Shown piece by piece: positions 41,670-51,498 of a DNA stretch of 61,803 bases. The DNA lies in contig DATLBD010000141.1 of NCBI GenBank assembly GCA_035527135.1, positions 1 to 61,803 of the forward strand. Direction: 5' to 3'. A model generated the notes under the pieces. It made no database searches, was not told where the DNA came from, and worked only from the letters and a program-made list of their open reading frames with translations. Both the position numbers and the translations under genes were made by a program. Origin of the DNA: Methanothrix sp. GTDB taxonomy: Archaea > Halobacteriota > Methanosarcinia > Methanotrichales > Methanotrichaceae. Numbering within the stretch: the stretch's first letter is position 1; every line of letters begins with the position of its first letter.

Positions 41670-42008
41670 ATGAATCCAACGTGGATTACTCCTTGTATCA
41701 GCCAGGAAGCCTCCGGGCCCACGGAGAATTTCATCAGCAACTTCGGCCCTCGCGTCCATCACATTGCCTTCCAGGCGGAAGAGATTGAAACGAATGTAGA
41801 GGTTTTAAGAAAGGAAGGTATGAAGTTTCTCCTTGATTTGGTAGGCATTCCTGAGGAGGAGCTGAAGCAGATCTTCCGCGAACATTCTAAAAATTCTATC
41901 CCGATTTTGGAGTATATTAATCGACATGACGATTTTGACGACTTTTTCACCAAATCTAATGTGGCCAGCCCTACCGCAGAAACCAAAGCGGTGAAACATA
42001 AAAAATAA
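41670..42008 (+). pseudogene. C-terminal fragment of a VOC (4-hydroxyphenylpyruvate dioxygenase-like) protein
   Basis: FISNFGPRVHHIAF..LKQIF..EYINR..F resembles the HPPD-like C-terminal domain; N-terminal part missing, upstream DNA very AT-rich. Confidence 0.55.
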
Positions 42009-42078
42009 ATTCAATAGAGGCTTAAGGGAAGCAAGGCTTACTGAAAACCATAGCACAAAAAAAGGTAAGGAATGGCTG

Positions 42079-42567
42079 ATGAATTCTATAACTTTGAGGG
42101 AGCTTGCCAGGCTCATCTTATGCATAGCTATATGCCAGCTAGCCGGAGTCATCGGCTCTGTCTTTACTGCTAGCTCAGTTACTACCTGGTATACGACCCT
42201 TGTCAAGCCCTGGTTTACACCGCCAGGATCGATCATCTCTACTGTTTGGATAGCTCTCTTTGCTCTCATGGGCCTGTCTTTATTTTTGATATGGCAAAAG
42301 GGGATAAGCGGCACGGATAGCAAAATTGCTTTAGGGGTATTTGTAGCCCAGCTTTTGGTCAATGTTCTCTGGTCCTATGCCTTCTTTGGCTTGCAGTCGC
42401 CCCTGGCGGGAGTCGTAGTAATTGTGGTCCTCTGGCTTCTCATACTGCAATGCATCATCCGGTTTTGGTCCATCAGCAAAGATGCAGCCCAGCTCCTTGT
42501 TCCTTACATCATCTGGGTGAGCTTTGCTGCTTATCTCAATTACACTATATGGAGGCTCAATCCCTGA
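42079..42567 (+). CDS. tspO: TspO/MBR tryptophan-rich sensory protein
   Basis: WY..LVKPWFTPP, VW, QLLVNVLWS, LVPYIIWVSFAAYLN. Confidence 0.9.
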   Translation: MNSITLRELARLILCIAICQLAGVIGSVFTASSVTTWYTTLVKPWFTPPGSIISTVWIALFALMGLSLFLIWQKGISGTDSKIALGVFVAQLLVNVLWSYAFFGLQSPLAGVVVIVVLWLLILQCIIRFWSISKDAAQLLVPYIIWVSFAAYLNYTIWRLNP

Positions 42568-42851
42568 AATATTGGCAAGAATAGAAATCAATAGAGTGTG
42601 CGGGGGGGGAATTGGCAGAGAAATGGTCAGGGAACTAAGCAGGAAGATTGGTGGGGGGTAGGGAAATAAGCCTCGGGTGGAGAAGAATTGATAGCAATTA
42701 GCCATACCGGTTTCTACATTAAGGTCTCCAGCAACGGCCTTGCCTTGATTTGCTCCGACCGATTCAAATATATGCGTAGCCACAGACATGAAATAATATA
42801 ACCAGGCAAGCCTTCCGGGAGAGAAACGATCTGAAAACGGTGCCAACGACT

Positions 42852-43574
42852 ATGTTGAATAGAACGGTGTTGTTATTATTATCAGTCATGCTCGCACTTG
42901 CTGCGACAGATATCGCTGCCATGGCCTCTCAGGACCCCATTTCTGAGGATTTTAATGGCGAGGGTTATGCCGCTGAAAATTCTTCTTACAACAATTCATC
43001 GATCTCCTTTGTTGGCCAAAACAAAGTCATCAGCTCTCCTGTGGACCTTTCCGTGGGAAGCGGCTACTACTCATCCCATCCTGTCGCCATTGGCCTTGGA
43101 GTCGGCAGCAGAACACAGCTTGCCAATGCAAATTCAGGTACATCCATGAGTCATGAGATCGGCTTTGCCCAGGAAGTCTCAGGGAAGACGGAATATGCAG
43201 TCTCTTCTACCAGCAGCCGGGGTGATTATGAGAACATCAACACAGCCACAACTCATATGCAAATCGATGAGACCGTCACGAGCGGCAAGGTTCATATCGG
43301 CGTGCTTTCGGGCAGCGATAGTTCTGCAGGCAAGAGCGGTAATCGCGGAACAGATCCTATGATTAATGCCTGGAAAAATCCGGCCATCGAGATCGAAGAG
43401 GAATATATCGGCACATATCATATATCCAAAAATTTTACTCTGAACAATAGCTACTCTGAAAAGAGAGCTCTGGATGGCTGGCTGAGTTGCTGTGGTGGAA
43501 ATTATGCTATTTATCCCCCAGAGCCGGTTTTCATAAGTGCGGATGATGTCTTCAATTGCATAAGATGCAAATAG
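42852..43574 (+). CDS. secreted hypothetical protein with GWLSCC and Cys-rich tail
   Basis: Signal peptide; beta-rich; ends GWLSCCGG..VFNCIRCK. Confidence 0.75.
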   Translation: MLNRTVLLLLSVMLALAATDIAAMASQDPISEDFNGEGYAAENSSYNNSSISFVGQNKVISSPVDLSVGSGYYSSHPVAIGLGVGSRTQLANANSGTSMSHEIGFAQEVSGKTEYAVSSTSSRGDYENINTATTHMQIDETVTSGKVHIGVLSGSDSSAGKSGNRGTDPMINAWKNPAIEIEEEYIGTYHISKNFTLNNSYSEKRALDGWLSCCGGNYAIYPPEPVFISADDVFNCIRCK

Positions 43575-43869
43575 CAGAGATGAAGAGAGACCTTGCGATT
43601 AATACTGTTTCCGATTTTTGTTGCTGCCCCATCCCGTTTATTCTTGGCTAAAGGCTAAACGCAATTAGGAGCAAAAAAAGCCGTTTGATTTTGATTATTT
43701 TTTGCTGTCTGCGGACCGCGTTGTCTTTCTATTCTTCCAATTCACAGATCTCGTTAAATAGATATGTCATGAGATAGATATATCATTCGCGCCTAATATT
43801 GTGCAGAGTTTCCTGATTTCTGGGCAGAAGCAACCGGCCATAGAGCTGGGAAATGGGAGTTATGAAATT

Positions 43870-44757
43870 ATGAAGACATATCCATATCCTGCTGGCAAGA
43901 GCGTTGTGAAATGGGTTTCCACTGATTGGCTGGGAGATCACATCAATGATGAAAACCTAATGATCCTTGACGTGCAGCCCAATGTGCATGACTATATCAT
44001 GGGCCATCTTCCCCGTGCCATATATCTAAACGAGGGACTCTTTCGAACGGCGAATAACGGGCTGCCGGCCGTTTTTGTCTCGCCTGAGGTCTTGCAGCCT
44101 GTCTTTTGCCAGATAGGTCTGCAGCCTGAGAGGCCTGTCGTAATATATTCCGCTTCCGGGCGGTACAGCAAATGCACATCTGGCCTGGGGGACGGCCTGG
44201 AGCAGACCATGGTGGCCTATTCCTTGATACGCTTTGGCCACAATAATGTCTATATTCTTGACGGAGGCCTGGAGAAATGGAAGGAAGAAGGCCGGGAGCT
44301 GACCAAAGTATTTCCTTCCTGGAAAGCATCAGACTTTGAAATCTCGGTGAGAAAGGAGTATTTCATAGAGCACGAGGAATTAAAGAAGATCAAGGACCGC
44401 GAGGATGTGATCCTCTTTGACGCCCGCCCCTTTGAGTCCTACAAAGAAGGAGGCCTGTGGATCAAGAAAGGACACATCCCTGGCGCCAATAGTTTTCCCT
44501 GGCGAACTCTTATGACCAAGGATAATGCCAGGCTCATGAAAAGCGATGAAGAGCTGCAGCAACTGATCAGCAAGTTCAATATCACATCTGACAAGACCCT
44601 GATCATCTATTGCGGCACGGGACGCGAGGCCACCAATGAATTTCTCTTCTTCAAGTTCTACTTGGGCCATGAAAAGGTCAGGATCTACGAGGGCTCTTTT
44701 ACAGAATGGTCCTATCATGCCGAAAGTCCAACGGTTACCGGAGAGAATCCTCGCTGA
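43870..44757 (+). CDS. tandem-domain sulfurtransferase (rhodanese)
   Basis: WVSTDWL, GHLP, LDGG..W, GHIPGA, YCGTG active site, YEGSFTEW. Confidence 0.92.
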   Translation: MKTYPYPAGKSVVKWVSTDWLGDHINDENLMILDVQPNVHDYIMGHLPRAIYLNEGLFRTANNGLPAVFVSPEVLQPVFCQIGLQPERPVVIYSASGRYSKCTSGLGDGLEQTMVAYSLIRFGHNNVYILDGGLEKWKEEGRELTKVFPSWKASDFEISVRKEYFIEHEELKKIKDREDVILFDARPFESYKEGGLWIKKGHIPGANSFPWRTLMTKDNARLMKSDEELQQLISKFNITSDKTLIIYCGTGREATNEFLFFKFYLGHEKVRIYEGSFTEWSYHAESPTVTGENPR

Positions 44758-44884
44758 ACATCGCTAAATTGAAACCTTGAACCACACTAATATTTTTTAG
44801 TAAAGGGCCGACTAATAAATTAATCAATAGCCAAATTCAATAGCCAAAATCAAAAGCAGCAAATGCGCATTGAGGTGTACTGTT

Positions 44885-46249
44885 ATGCTCTTGGAAAGAA
44901 TTGTCTCTACAGGCCTCGCCCACTACTCCTACCTGGTGGGCGACAGAAATCTGGCCCTGGTAATTGATCCTAGAAGAGATGTTGATGTCTATGTAAAAAT
45001 GGCATCCGAGGCGGGAATGAGGATTGCTCACGTCCTGGAGACGCACAGGAATGAGGATTATTTTGTGGGATCGATGGAGCTGGCTGGCCATACGGGGGCG
45101 GAGGTCTGGCATGCCGACGGGGAGTGGGACTACAAATATGGACAGCCTGTCGCTGCCGGCCAGAAATGGAAGGTGGGCCGCCTGGAGGTCGAGGCTCTCG
45201 CTACTCCCGGCCATACCCCGGGAAGCATGAGCTACCTGCTGCGCGATCCTGCGGGCATTCCCTGGATGCTCTTTTGCGGGGATGCTCTTTTTGCCGGAGA
45301 TGTAGGCCGAATCGATCTGCTGGGCAAAGAAAAGGCCGCGGAAATGGCCGGCCTGCTTTATGAGAGCCTCTTTGAAAAGATGCTGCCACTGGGCGACGAG
45401 GTCATCCTCTGCCCGGCCCATGGGTCTGGCTCAGTATGCGGCGAGTTAATTGCCGAGCGCCTCTGGACTACCATTGGCCTGGAGAAAAAGCACAATGCAA
45501 GGCTGCAAGCAAAGAGCAAAGAGCAGTTCGTGGCCTCAATATTGAAGAGCCAGCCGGATCGACCTCCCTATTTCCGCCGCATGGAAAAGGTGAATCTGGA
45601 GGGCAGGCCGATTCTGGGTGCCCTTCCAACACCCCAGCCCATGGATGCCAAGAGCTTTTTTGCACTTTCCGAAAAGGCCCAGATCCTGGATACGCGCCAG
45701 GAGCTGGCTTTCGGTGCAGCTCACGTTCCCGGCTCCCAATCCATCTGGCAGGATGGGCTGGCCAGCTTTGCCGGCTGGTTTCTCAGCTACGATCGGCCCA
45801 TTCTTCTCGTAGGCGAGAGCAATTCTGTCGAGAACGTAGTTGCTATACTGGTGCGCCTGGGCTACGATGACATCGCCGGATTTTTGGCAGGAGGCATGCT
45901 GAGCTGGCACATGTCCGGCCTGCAGTCCGCAGCCATCAGAACACTTACAGTGCAAGAGCTCTGCCGGCTGCTGGATGAGGGTGAAGCTATCTCGATTTTA
46001 GATGTCAGATCCGAGAGCGAGCTTGATAGAGACGGCAGAATCGAAGGTGCGCAGCATATCCACATCACTGCCATCGCCGAGAGAATGGATGAGGTGCCCA
46101 AAGACAAGGAAGTATACATCTTCTGCGGCAGTGGCATGCGGTCCATGGTGGCGGCAAGCTTTCTAAAGGCGAGGGGCTGGAAGAGACTGGCTGTCATTTT
46201 AGGAGGCATGGCCGGTTGGAGATCGAGAACGTGCCCAATTAAAAGATAG
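44885..46249 (+). CDS. MBL-fold hydrolase (persulfide dioxygenase-like) fused to two rhodanese domains
   Basis: IDP, ETHRNED, TPGHT, GDALF, PAHG; rhodanese LDTR..HVPG and LDVR..FCGSGMRS. Confidence 0.9.
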   Translation: MLLERIVSTGLAHYSYLVGDRNLALVIDPRRDVDVYVKMASEAGMRIAHVLETHRNEDYFVGSMELAGHTGAEVWHADGEWDYKYGQPVAAGQKWKVGRLEVEALATPGHTPGSMSYLLRDPAGIPWMLFCGDALFAGDVGRIDLLGKEKAAEMAGLLYESLFEKMLPLGDEVILCPAHGSGSVCGELIAERLWTTIGLEKKHNARLQAKSKEQFVASILKSQPDRPPYFRRMEKVNLEGRPILGALPTPQPMDAKSFFALSEKAQILDTRQELAFGAAHVPGSQSIWQDGLASFAGWFLSYDRPILLVGESNSVENVVAILVRLGYDDIAGFLAGGMLSWHMSGLQSAAIRTLTVQELCRLLDEGEAISILDVRSESELDRDGRIEGAQHIHITAIAERMDEVPKDKEVYIFCGSGMRSMVAASFLKARGWKRLAVILGGMAGWRSRTCPIKR

Positions 46250-46375
46250 ACCTTGAGAGAGAGGGCTTCATTGCTGCTCTTTCCACATCAAGTCATTCAA
46301 GCCCACTCTTTTTTGCGTCTGTTGCAGCTTTGCGTCAACAGATGCGTTTCTTCTCGTGCATGCCGTCTTCGTCTG

Positions 46376-47893
46376 TTATCTCTTGCTAGTTTCGCCAGGC
46401 ACTAGATTAAAAACGATGGTCTTGAGGTTGGTCATCTCCTCGATGCTGTAGCCGATGCCCTCACGCCCCAGCCCGGATTGCTTTATTCCTCCGAATGGGA
46501 AATAGCCAACGCCATGAGATGGGCAGTCGTTGATGGTAACCTCGCCGCATTCCAGGGCCCTGGCCACGCGCCACATGCAGGAAAAGTCCCTGGTAAAGAC
46601 GCATGACTCCAGGCCGAACTGGGATTTGCGGGCAAAATTCAAAGCCTCCTGCTCGTTCTTGCAGCGGATAATGCTGATCACAGGCCCAAAGACTTCTTCT
46701 CTGGCGATTCTTGCATGGGCTGGAACATGGTCAAGTACCGTCGGTTCAAAGTATGTGCCCTGGAATTTGCCGCCCCTTAAAAGCTCGGCTCCCTTGGAAA
46801 CGGCATCCATGACCAGGTCATTTATGCCCGAGGCGGCGCGGGGGCTGATGACCGGGCCGATGCTCACAGTCGGGTCCCTGGGATCGCCCAGTTTCCATCT
46901 GTCAACCTCGGAAACGATCTTGCGGCTTAGAGTTTCAGCGATGGGCTCGGTGGCCAGGACAGCGCTCACGGCATCGCACCTCTGCCCGGCAAACTTTAGC
47001 GATCCATAGACGCACTTGGTGGCAGCCAGATCCAAATCTGCATCCTCTAAGACCAGAGCGTAGGCCTTTCCCCCCAACTCCAGGTGAAGCTTCTTCATGA
47101 CTGCTAACTCAGAGATCTTTTTTCCCACAGGAGTGCTGCCTGTGAAGTTGATCATATCCACGTTCTCGCTCTTCACCAGCGCGTCTCCGCTCTCTTCTCC
47201 TCTGCCGGTAATCAGATTCATGCTGCCTTGGGGCACTCCCGCGCTCTCCAGAACTCTGGTCAGCAGTATGGCCGAGATGGGGTTGCTGCTGGAGGGCTTT
47301 ATGACCACCGAGTTTCCGGCCAGAAGGGCAGGAACTATCTTGGCGGCGGCAATAAAGAGGGGATAGTTGAAGGGAATTATGGCGGCCACCACGCCCACCG
47401 GCTCGCGAATTGTGAGTGCCATCTTTTCTTTGGTGCTGAAATTCCAGTCACCAGGGATCAGCTCTCCCCAAAAACGATTGGACTCTTCCCGAGAGAGCTT
47501 TAATCTCTGCAAGGCAGCATCAAACTCGCCCTTAGCATCACTTTTTGTCTTGCCGGCCTCTGTCTGAAGCACATGCACGAATTCGTCCTGATGCTTTTCC
47601 AGCAGGACTGCGGCGCGTTCAAAGATCTCGACGCGTTCTCTGCCCGGCAGTTCATTGATGCCCCTTTTCTCTTTGGCGGCCTTGGTGGCTGAAATTACAT
47701 CGCTAACCGTTGCCTGCTGGGCTCTTGCCACGACGCTGCCATTGATGGGAGTATGAACGTCCAGCAGCTCTCCCCTTTCGCTGCTTCGCCAGTTCCCGTC
47801 GATCAGCATCTTGAAGACGGCAATTCCTTTCATTGTGTCATAAATTCCGTCAAAGTCGGAGCCTAACTGCAGCTGCCAATCACCGTTTCCCAT
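46376..47893 (-). CDS. NAD(P)-dependent aldehyde dehydrogenase (GAPN-like)
   Basis: PFNYP, FTGS, ELGGK, GQRCDA, EEVFGP, PFGG. Confidence 0.88.
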   Translation of the reverse strand: MGNGDWQLQLGSDFDGIYDTMKGIAVFKMLIDGNWRSSERGELLDVHTPINGSVVARAQQATVSDVISATKAAKEKRGINELPGRERVEIFERAAVLLEKHQDEFVHVLQTEAGKTKSDAKGEFDAALQRLKLSREESNRFWGELIPGDWNFSTKEKMALTIREPVGVVAAIIPFNYPLFIAAAKIVPALLAGNSVVIKPSSSNPISAILLTRVLESAGVPQGSMNLITGRGEESGDALVKSENVDMINFTGSTPVGKKISELAVMKKLHLELGGKAYALVLEDADLDLAATKCVYGSLKFAGQRCDAVSAVLATEPIAETLSRKIVSEVDRWKLGDPRDPTVSIGPVISPRAASGINDLVMDAVSKGAELLRGGKFQGTYFEPTVLDHVPAHARIAREEVFGPVISIIRCKNEQEALNFARKSQFGLESCVFTRDFSCMWRVARALECGEVTINDCPSHGVGYFPFGGIKQSGLGREGIGYSIEEMTNLKTIVFNLVPGETSKR

Positions 47894-48104
47894 TTTATCG
47901 ACCTACTGGATGTTTTCCAATTTAACAAACGCCAAGACTTTAATCGTTTGAAGAATTTTGCAGAATTAGATAGGATGCAAAATATGCTCTGTTTGATTAA
48001 CGGGGCATTAAAGAATATAAATTTTGCTAAAAGCATATGAATATATTCCGATATGAATCGTTCTTAATGGACTGAATGTGCCAGATCAATTTCCGGAAAA
48101 ATCA

Positions 48105-48149
48105 AAAATCAACAAAAATTTTGGATCGAGGGCATTGACTCCTCGATCC
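48105..48149 (-). terminator. hairpin plus T-tracts downstream of the fasciclin gene
   Basis: GGATCGAGG/CCTCGATCC inverted repeat followed by T runs on the minus strand. Confidence 0.55.
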
Positions 48150-48178
48150 CGGAAAAATTTTGAATCGTTCTCTTGGCT

Positions 48179-49123
48179 TCACATAGAGAGCCGTATGGGC
48201 ACAAGCACCTGGTCGATGACGTAGACAATGCCGTTATCGTACCTCTCAGACTTCAAGACATTGGCACCGCCCACCAGGCCCATGTTTGCATCGACTGCCA
48301 AAGAGTCTCCCTGCATGGTCTTGACGGAATTGGTTTCGTTCATGTTGAGCAGGCCCTTAGCGTCCACAATGTGGTAGGACAGAAGGTTCATCATACCCGC
48401 ATCTTTCTTGCTGATGGTATCCAGGGAAGCTTTGGCATCATTGAACGCCGCATCGCTTGGGGCAAAGACTGTAAAAGGCCCACCTATCAGGCTCTCAAAT
48501 CCCATCAGGCCCTGACCGTTGAGCGTCTCCTCAAGTCCCACGTCCTTGATAGCTGACGCGAACTTCTTGGCGCCCAGATCGTCAGCCGCCTCGGCCACAC
48601 CCAGGCTGGAGCTGGCCATGGGGAGCAGCACTTTGTCAATCACGTAGATAGTGCCGTAGTCGTAGCTCTTGGATGCTGTGACATTGGCTCCATTTACAGT
48701 CATGCCTTCGGCGCTTTCAATGGTCAAATTCTCCCCTTGCATTGTTCTTGCTGAGGAGAGTTCGGTGATATTTTCAAAGCTGCCGTCATTCCAGACTATG
48801 TGATAGGCAAGGATCCGCTTCAGCTCGGTAGCGTTCTCCTTTATGGCGCTCATGTCAGCATCAGTAACTGCTGCAAAGGCCTCATCGCTGGGCGCGAAGA
48901 TCACGAAGGATTCGGAGGCAAATGTGAGCACTCCCTGGTTATTCAGAGTATCCTCCAGGCCTGCGCTTTCGATCGCGGCTGAGAATTCATTAAGGCTCAG
49001 GTTGGCAGCTGCATCGATTACGCCGATTTTCGCCGCCTCGCTGTCCTGGGCGAAGCTGGAGCCCGTGCACAGCAATGCTGCTATGAACAAAAGGCTTAGC
49101 AAAATCCCACTTTTTTCAAACAT
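48179..49123 (-). CDS. secreted protein with two fasciclin (FAS1) domains
   Basis: Signal peptide; two FAPSD.AF..L.YHIV..YVID.VL units. Confidence 0.92.
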   Translation of the reverse strand: MFEKSGILLSLLFIAALLCTGSSFAQDSEAAKIGVIDAAANLSLNEFSAAIESAGLEDTLNNQGVLTFASESFVIFAPSDEAFAAVTDADMSAIKENATELKRILAYHIVWNDGSFENITELSSARTMQGENLTIESAEGMTVNGANVTASKSYDYGTIYVIDKVLLPMASSSLGVAEAADDLGAKKFASAIKDVGLEETLNGQGLMGFESLIGGPFTVFAPSDAAFNDAKASLDTISKKDAGMMNLLSYHIVDAKGLLNMNETNSVKTMQGDSLAVDANMGLVGGANVLKSERYDNGIVYVIDQVLVPIRLSM

Positions 49124-49248
49124 TACTTTAACCTCCACTCATTCACTAGCAAAGTGATAGGCGGGATAAAAGATAAATCTTTTCGCATTCTTCTGAGGAT
49201 ATTTGGCCTGATGCAAGAGCCGAAATATTGAATAACGATCGGGTGTTT

Positions 49249-50331
49249 ATGACCGGTGTGAAATCAAGCCCTCTCCTCACTGTCGTTTTGCTGGTCATGC
49301 TTTCGCTAGCTTTTCCTGGCCTTGCCCACGTGCCCCTCATGACTGAGGGAAATGAGAACATCTCCTCAGCCATGCACATCTCCGATCCGGGCAAGTCCTG
49401 GGCGGTTTATGGTTCTCTTGAGAAGGACGGCGTGCATTACTACAACTTCGATCTGGAGGAGGGCGAGCGAATTTATCTCTCCCTTTTCAAGTCATCCGAT
49501 GCAAAAGAAAGGGATTTTCTTCCCGGCCTGGTGCTCCTGGGTCCGGGATTAAAGGATGGAGAAAAGCTTGCCCGGCAGCTAGCCCTGCCTTCGCAAGCTT
49601 CGGCCTTGAAAACCCTGGCAGCGGAGGGCAAGAGCGCTGCCAATGCCATCTATGAGCCCTTCGGGCCCAGTAATTTCATTGAAGTGGCGGAAATAAACAT
49701 ATCAGCACCAGAATCTGCCCGCTACTATGCTGCAGTCTATAGTAATAGTACAAATGGCGCAAGTGCGAAGGGTACGAAGGGTACTAACAGCACTATCGGA
49801 CATTACGGCCTGGCGGTGGGCTACCGGGAGGAGTTCAGCTTCTCGGATAGGATAACTACGCCCATCCGGCTCATATCTGTTTATCTCTGGGAGGGCCAGA
49901 GTCTGGCTGTGATACTCATTCCCTACCTGGTGGCGGAGATCATAGCTCTCCTGTTCTTCTGGCGTGGCTCTCGTCGCACCTCATTTTGCCTGGCCGGATC
50001 TTTAGCCGGATTTCTCTTCCTGGCCACCAGCGCCTCGGTCTTTACTCAGATGATCTTCTCCCTCACTCGTGCTCCTTTTGGGCCGGAGGTGTACATCACT
50101 GTGCTAATTGCAGTTTTCAATGCCCTTTTGGGTGTAGCAGCCATTCGTCTGGCCAGAGGAGAGGCGGGGATACTGCAAAGAGTCCTCCTGGCCGTCCTGG
50201 GAACTCTCGCCCTGCTGGCTGGCTCGGGGATGATCATGGGTCCCATTCTGGCAATAGCGGCAGGCTTCCTGCCCTCGAAGAGCGGAAGCATTTTCGGCAA
50301 TCCCGCCGCGAGAGATAACCTGAAAAGTTGA
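49249..50331 (+). CDS. membrane protein with extracellular domain, function unknown
   Basis: Signal peptide ending AHVP, YEPF motif, several C-terminal TM helices. Confidence 0.75.
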   Translation: MTGVKSSPLLTVVLLVMLSLAFPGLAHVPLMTEGNENISSAMHISDPGKSWAVYGSLEKDGVHYYNFDLEEGERIYLSLFKSSDAKERDFLPGLVLLGPGLKDGEKLARQLALPSQASALKTLAAEGKSAANAIYEPFGPSNFIEVAEINISAPESARYYAAVYSNSTNGASAKGTKGTNSTIGHYGLAVGYREEFSFSDRITTPIRLISVYLWEGQSLAVILIPYLVAEIIALLFFWRGSRRTSFCLAGSLAGFLFLATSASVFTQMIFSLTRAPFGPEVYITVLIAVFNALLGVAAIRLARGEAGILQRVLLAVLGTLALLAGSGMIMGPILAIAAGFLPSKSGSIFGNPAARDNLKS

Positions 50332-50404
50332 TTAAGAAACCCTTAATCAACTTTGCAAAATTTTTAAATAGGTTTAAGAATACATTGAGCCCTGAGGGAA
50401 GATA

Positions 50405-51401
50405 ATGCTCAAAAAAAAATGCATCATTGCTGATTTTATTAGCTTTGGTTTCTGTGGTCGCCTTGAACGGCTGTGTTAGTAAAGCCGATAGTAATCCTCT
50501 AAAGGTAACGGACCTCGAAATCGTTCCCGGTCAGATAAAGACATCGACGATCGAGTTGAAGGTTATAACTTATATCGAGAACTCTGCTGAAGGTTCTGCT
50601 GCAGGGAGCAGCAAGAACACATCCCTGTTGCTAAAAGCCACCAGTACAGGCAGAGATTTCCTTGCCAACCAAACCACGACATTTATCGGCAAGATCCCGC
50701 TGGAGAAGACTGTTAACGTCACCCAGACCCTGACGCTTCCCAAGAAGGGCGGCTACAGGCTGGAAGCTACGCTCTTTGAGGAGGACAAGGAAGTAGACAG
50801 GGGGTACAGAACGGTTTACCGCCTGGAGAGTCTTCCCGCAGACAGCCATGCGATCGGCCTGCAAATCGACGGCATCGACTTCCTGGTGCGAAAGGCGACG
50901 GAAGATAAGGTAGTCATCCAGAGCGACATTTACGTAACAAACTATGGAGCCGAGGCAAGCCAGGATTATAAGCTGATGCTTAAAGCTACCGACATCGATT
51001 CAAAGCTGGTGGCGGACAAGCAGTGGAGCAATACCGGGATAATCGCTCCCGAAGAGACAGCTATTAGGAGCGTTAACCTCACTGTCCCGGACAGGTACAA
51101 CTATGTTGTGGACGTCCTCATCTGGAACAATTCCACGATTGTTGGCCAGGGACAAGACTATGTGCAGCTCAATGCTACAACCATGCTCTCGGAAAAACAG
51201 CGCTTGGCAACCAGAGGAACGAGCACGGGAGTATTCGTCAATGAGGTAGCGGCTGGAGCAGTGCCTGAAGAAATGAGTGTCAGCGAATTCGAACGCCCTT
51301 CAGAGTCCGCAAAAACAGCAGCAGAGGCACCTGGTTTCATGGGATTGACGGCTATGATCATGATCAGTCTGGCGGCGGTGGCAGTGCGAAAGAGGCGATA
51401 G
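50405..51401 (+). CDS. PGF-CTERM-anchored surface protein with lipobox-like LNGC; apparent extra A in A9 tract near the start
   Basis: C-terminal APGF+TM+RKRR; ATG 50405 after GAGGG is out of frame with the body by one base. Confidence 0.8.
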
Positions 51402-51498
51402 GACTGATTTGAGCACGACCATTTTTCATTTTTTTGCACAACATATATATATCGATTTGAAGTTGTTATTTCGAATCGAAGTCAAGAGATGGCAAAAA

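Noticed and set aside
41050-41670. Very AT-rich intergenic tract
   Set aside because: No repeats, ORF or structure recognised; likely degraded or regulatory DNA.
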